This document shows, piece by piece, positions 55,329 through 57,212 of a stretch of DNA of 57,212 bases. Below the pieces are notes generated by a model. The model was not told the DNA's origin. It saw nothing but the letters and a program-made list of their open reading frames with translations, and made no database searches. Source of the DNA: Crocinitomicaceae bacterium (GTDB lineage Bacteria; Bacteroidota; Bacteroidia; Flavobacteriales_D; Crocinitomicaceae); the NCBI GenBank assembly GCA_041303175.1, contig JBFYPU010000024.1, positions 1-57,212 of the forward strand, read 5' to 3'. Position numbers and translations under genes: made by a program. Position 1 is the stretch's first letter. Each line of letters begins with the position of its first letter.

Positions 55329-57212
55329 TTATTGTCCGTTAATATCAATGATTGGATTTGAATCTGGCGTGATGTTTTTGGGTTGATTTTTCAATTGCAT
55401 CAATTCATCCCAAAGCGCATTCGCTTCGTCCATGATTCCGTCCGTTTGATTTTTGTAGTGATCAATCACCGATTGCAAGGTCTGTTCCGCATCAAAAAGT
55501 TGATCTTGAGCCATGTAAACACGTGTGCGCAAGATGAGCCCTTTTGCGATCCAATAATTATAGGTGGGCTTCATTTTCAATAACTTCGTCACCTCATTGT
55601 CAGCTTCAGCAAAATTTCCATTCAAGAAATACATGTCCGCCAGTGCGAAGCGTGATTGAGCGGCACGTTCCGTTGTGGTGTTTGCAATGGTCCATTCCAA
55701 CGCTGGCTTGGCATCGGCGAAGCGGTTCAAGTGATAATTCGACATCCCCTTGCAATAGTATGCTTCTATTTTTACTTCTTGACCAACGGTTGAGCTCGTG
55801 AGTACTTTATCAGAATATTGACTTGAGTTCGCCCAATTTTCGGTAAGGAAATAGCTGCGCATCAATCCGACGCGCGCGTTGTACTTCACTTCTGGTTTTG
55901 ATGTAATGGATTCAGTACGGATATAGTAGGGAATAGCCTCGGCTGGTTTAGCCGTGTTAAAGAGGTGTTTAGCAACCAAAATTGCTGCGTCTTCCGTGTA
56001 GGGACCGTTCGGACCTTCCAGTGTTTCTTTATACAATTGGATAGCCAACTCCTCATTGTCAGTATTGTAATGACAGTTCGCCAACTTGAATTTCACTTCA
56101 GCAACGTAGCGACCGTTCGGGAATTTTGAAAGGTATTTATCAAATTTCGGAATGGCATTTTGGTACCGTTGGGCCAATGTTTGTGAACTATCCGAATAGG
56201 CTTGCATCGCAGGGATGTAGTACAAATTTTCTTGTTCGCTCGGATCTAATTTAAAGCAAGTATAATTTTCGGATAGGCCTTCGATTCGCTCGGGTTCGTT
56301 CATGAGCATATACAGTTCTTTGAGCCCTTCTGCTACGCGCTCACAGATTTTGGGATCGCTTCCGTATTGCGCCATCACTGCTTCATAACCTGTTTCAGCA
56401 ATTCCATATTGCCCTTGTTTGGCATGAATGTCGGCAATACTGATTTTTGATTCCAACACCAAACTAGAGTTTGGATAGTCGTTCACAATTTGCTCATAAT
56501 ATTGACGGGCTTTATCAAATTGTGAGGTCGATTTATAGCTTTCCGCCAGATCGAAAATCGCTCGTTCCTTGTAATCCGAAGCAGGGTAATTCGAAAGTAA
56601 ATCCAATAATTTACTGATTCGATCATTCGCGCGTCCCATAAAACCGTACGTTCGGGAAAGATAGTACAAGGCTTGATCTTCAAAACCAGCCTTCAATTGA
56701 ATCACTTCGGAATAGCTAGCTGCTGCCTCGTCGTTCTTTTTCATCATAAAATTGGCGTCCGCAATTCGCATGTGTGCATCCGCTTTTTTGCGCTTATTGA
56801 CTGGGTTGGATTGCAAATAACTTCGGAATGCTTCAATGGCTTTGGTGGATTCTGAGGTCGAGTTTTCCAGCTTTTCACCCTTTTTTACATGGCAATAGCC
56901 GATGTTGTATTGAGCCTCTTGTTTCAAACCAGGTGACATCGTTGCTGGAAGCGCTAGAAATGCTCGGTAGCCAGAAATTGCTTGATCAAAATTGCTCATG
57001 CGATAGTTTGCATCTGCTGTCCAATATTGTGCTTTACCAGAAAGCTCCGTGTCAACGGGATATTTTTTAACTAAATCAAACGAATTGATTGCCCCTTTGA
57101 AATTGCTTTTTTGATAGTGATCCACACCTTGATTGAAGGCGACAAGCTGATAAGCCGTTTTCAATTTTACATCCTTGTTCGGAATTTTATCCAGAGAGAT
57201 CAACGCTTTTTC
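55329..57212 (-). CDS. TPR-repeat protein, C-terminal part (N-terminus lies beyond the window edge)
   Basis: The reading frame stays open to position 57212. The M at 57203 in the track is a TTG, and the codons upstream read EKA. There are many TPR-like repeats (for example AQYNIGYCHVKKGE, FKLANCHYNTDNEELAIQLYKE). Confidence 0.8.
   Translation of the reverse strand, partial: EKALISLDKIPNKDVKLKTAYQLVAFNQGVDHYQKSNFKGAINSFDLVKKYPVDTELSGKAQYWTADANYRMSNFDQAISGYRAFLALPATMSPGLKQEAQYNIGYCHVKKGEKLENSTSESTKAIEAFRSYLQSNPVNKRKKADAHMRIADANFMMKKNDEAAASYSEVIQLKAGFEDQALYYLSRTYGFMGRANDRISKLLDLLSNYPASDYKERAIFDLAESYKSTSQFDKARQYYEQIVNDYPNSSLVLESKISIADIHAKQGQYGIAETGYEAVMAQYGSDPKICERVAEGLKELYMLMNEPERIEGLSENYTCFKLDPSEQENLYYIPAMQAYSDSSQTLAQRYQNAIPKFDKYLSKFPNGRYVAEVKFKLANCHYNTDNEELAIQLYKETLEGPNGPYTEDAAILVAKHLFNTAKPAEAIPYYIRTESITSKPEVKYNARVGLMRSYFLTENWANSSQYSDKVLTSSTVGQEVKIEAYYCKGMSNYHLNRFADAKPALEWTIANTTTERAAQSRFALADMYFLNGNFAEADNEVTKLLKMKPTYNYWIAKGLILRTRVYMAQDQLFDAEQTLQSVIDHYKNQTDGIMDEANALWDELMQLKNQPKNITPDSNPIIDINGQ

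Overview
This window looks like ordinary core chromosome from a Bacteroidota genome, probably Flavobacteriia-like. The taxon call is my inference. It rests on several type IX secretion (T9SS) C-terminal sorting domains, GldH, a PorP/SprF-family gene, a b558-type sdhCAB operon, a long-form IspG and TAnnTTTG -7 boxes ahead of several genes. I support about 50 protein-coding genes, two of them cut by the window edges, plus one tRNA-Cys(GCA), one decayed paralog fragment and several rho-independent terminators. Housekeeping content includes sdhCAB, ispG, mnmG, ybeY, gltX, folB, rpiB, rnr, ferritin, holB and a PSP1/RicT-like gene. Other content is envelope and signalling: an OmpR-type two-component pair, an ECF sigma pair, a multi-PAS kinase with a LytTR regulator, a propeller-cyclase-HD protein, four T9SS cargo-type proteins and beta-barrel outer membrane proteins. 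I saw no CRISPR array, transposase, integrase, phage genes or recognisable defence genes, so I cannot point to a clear novel system. The items most worth a second look are: (1) a 1297-aa beta-propeller sensor fused to a class III adenylate cyclase and an HD domain; (2) a ~700-bp AT-rich gap with three DnaA-box-like 9-mers and phased TTAGTT repeats upstream of the kinase/LytTR operon; (3) an ECF sigma factor coupled to a membrane-anchored protein that ends in a type-B T9SS domain; (4) an LTD-CotH cargo next to its PorP/SprF-type partner; (5) an orphan RsbW-like kinase and a 1125-aa coiled-coil membrane protein packed with ybeY and mnmG; (6) a decayed tandem duplicate of an outer membrane protein gene that includes its terminator. 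All family calls come from motif recognition by eye. No HMM or BLAST search was possible.
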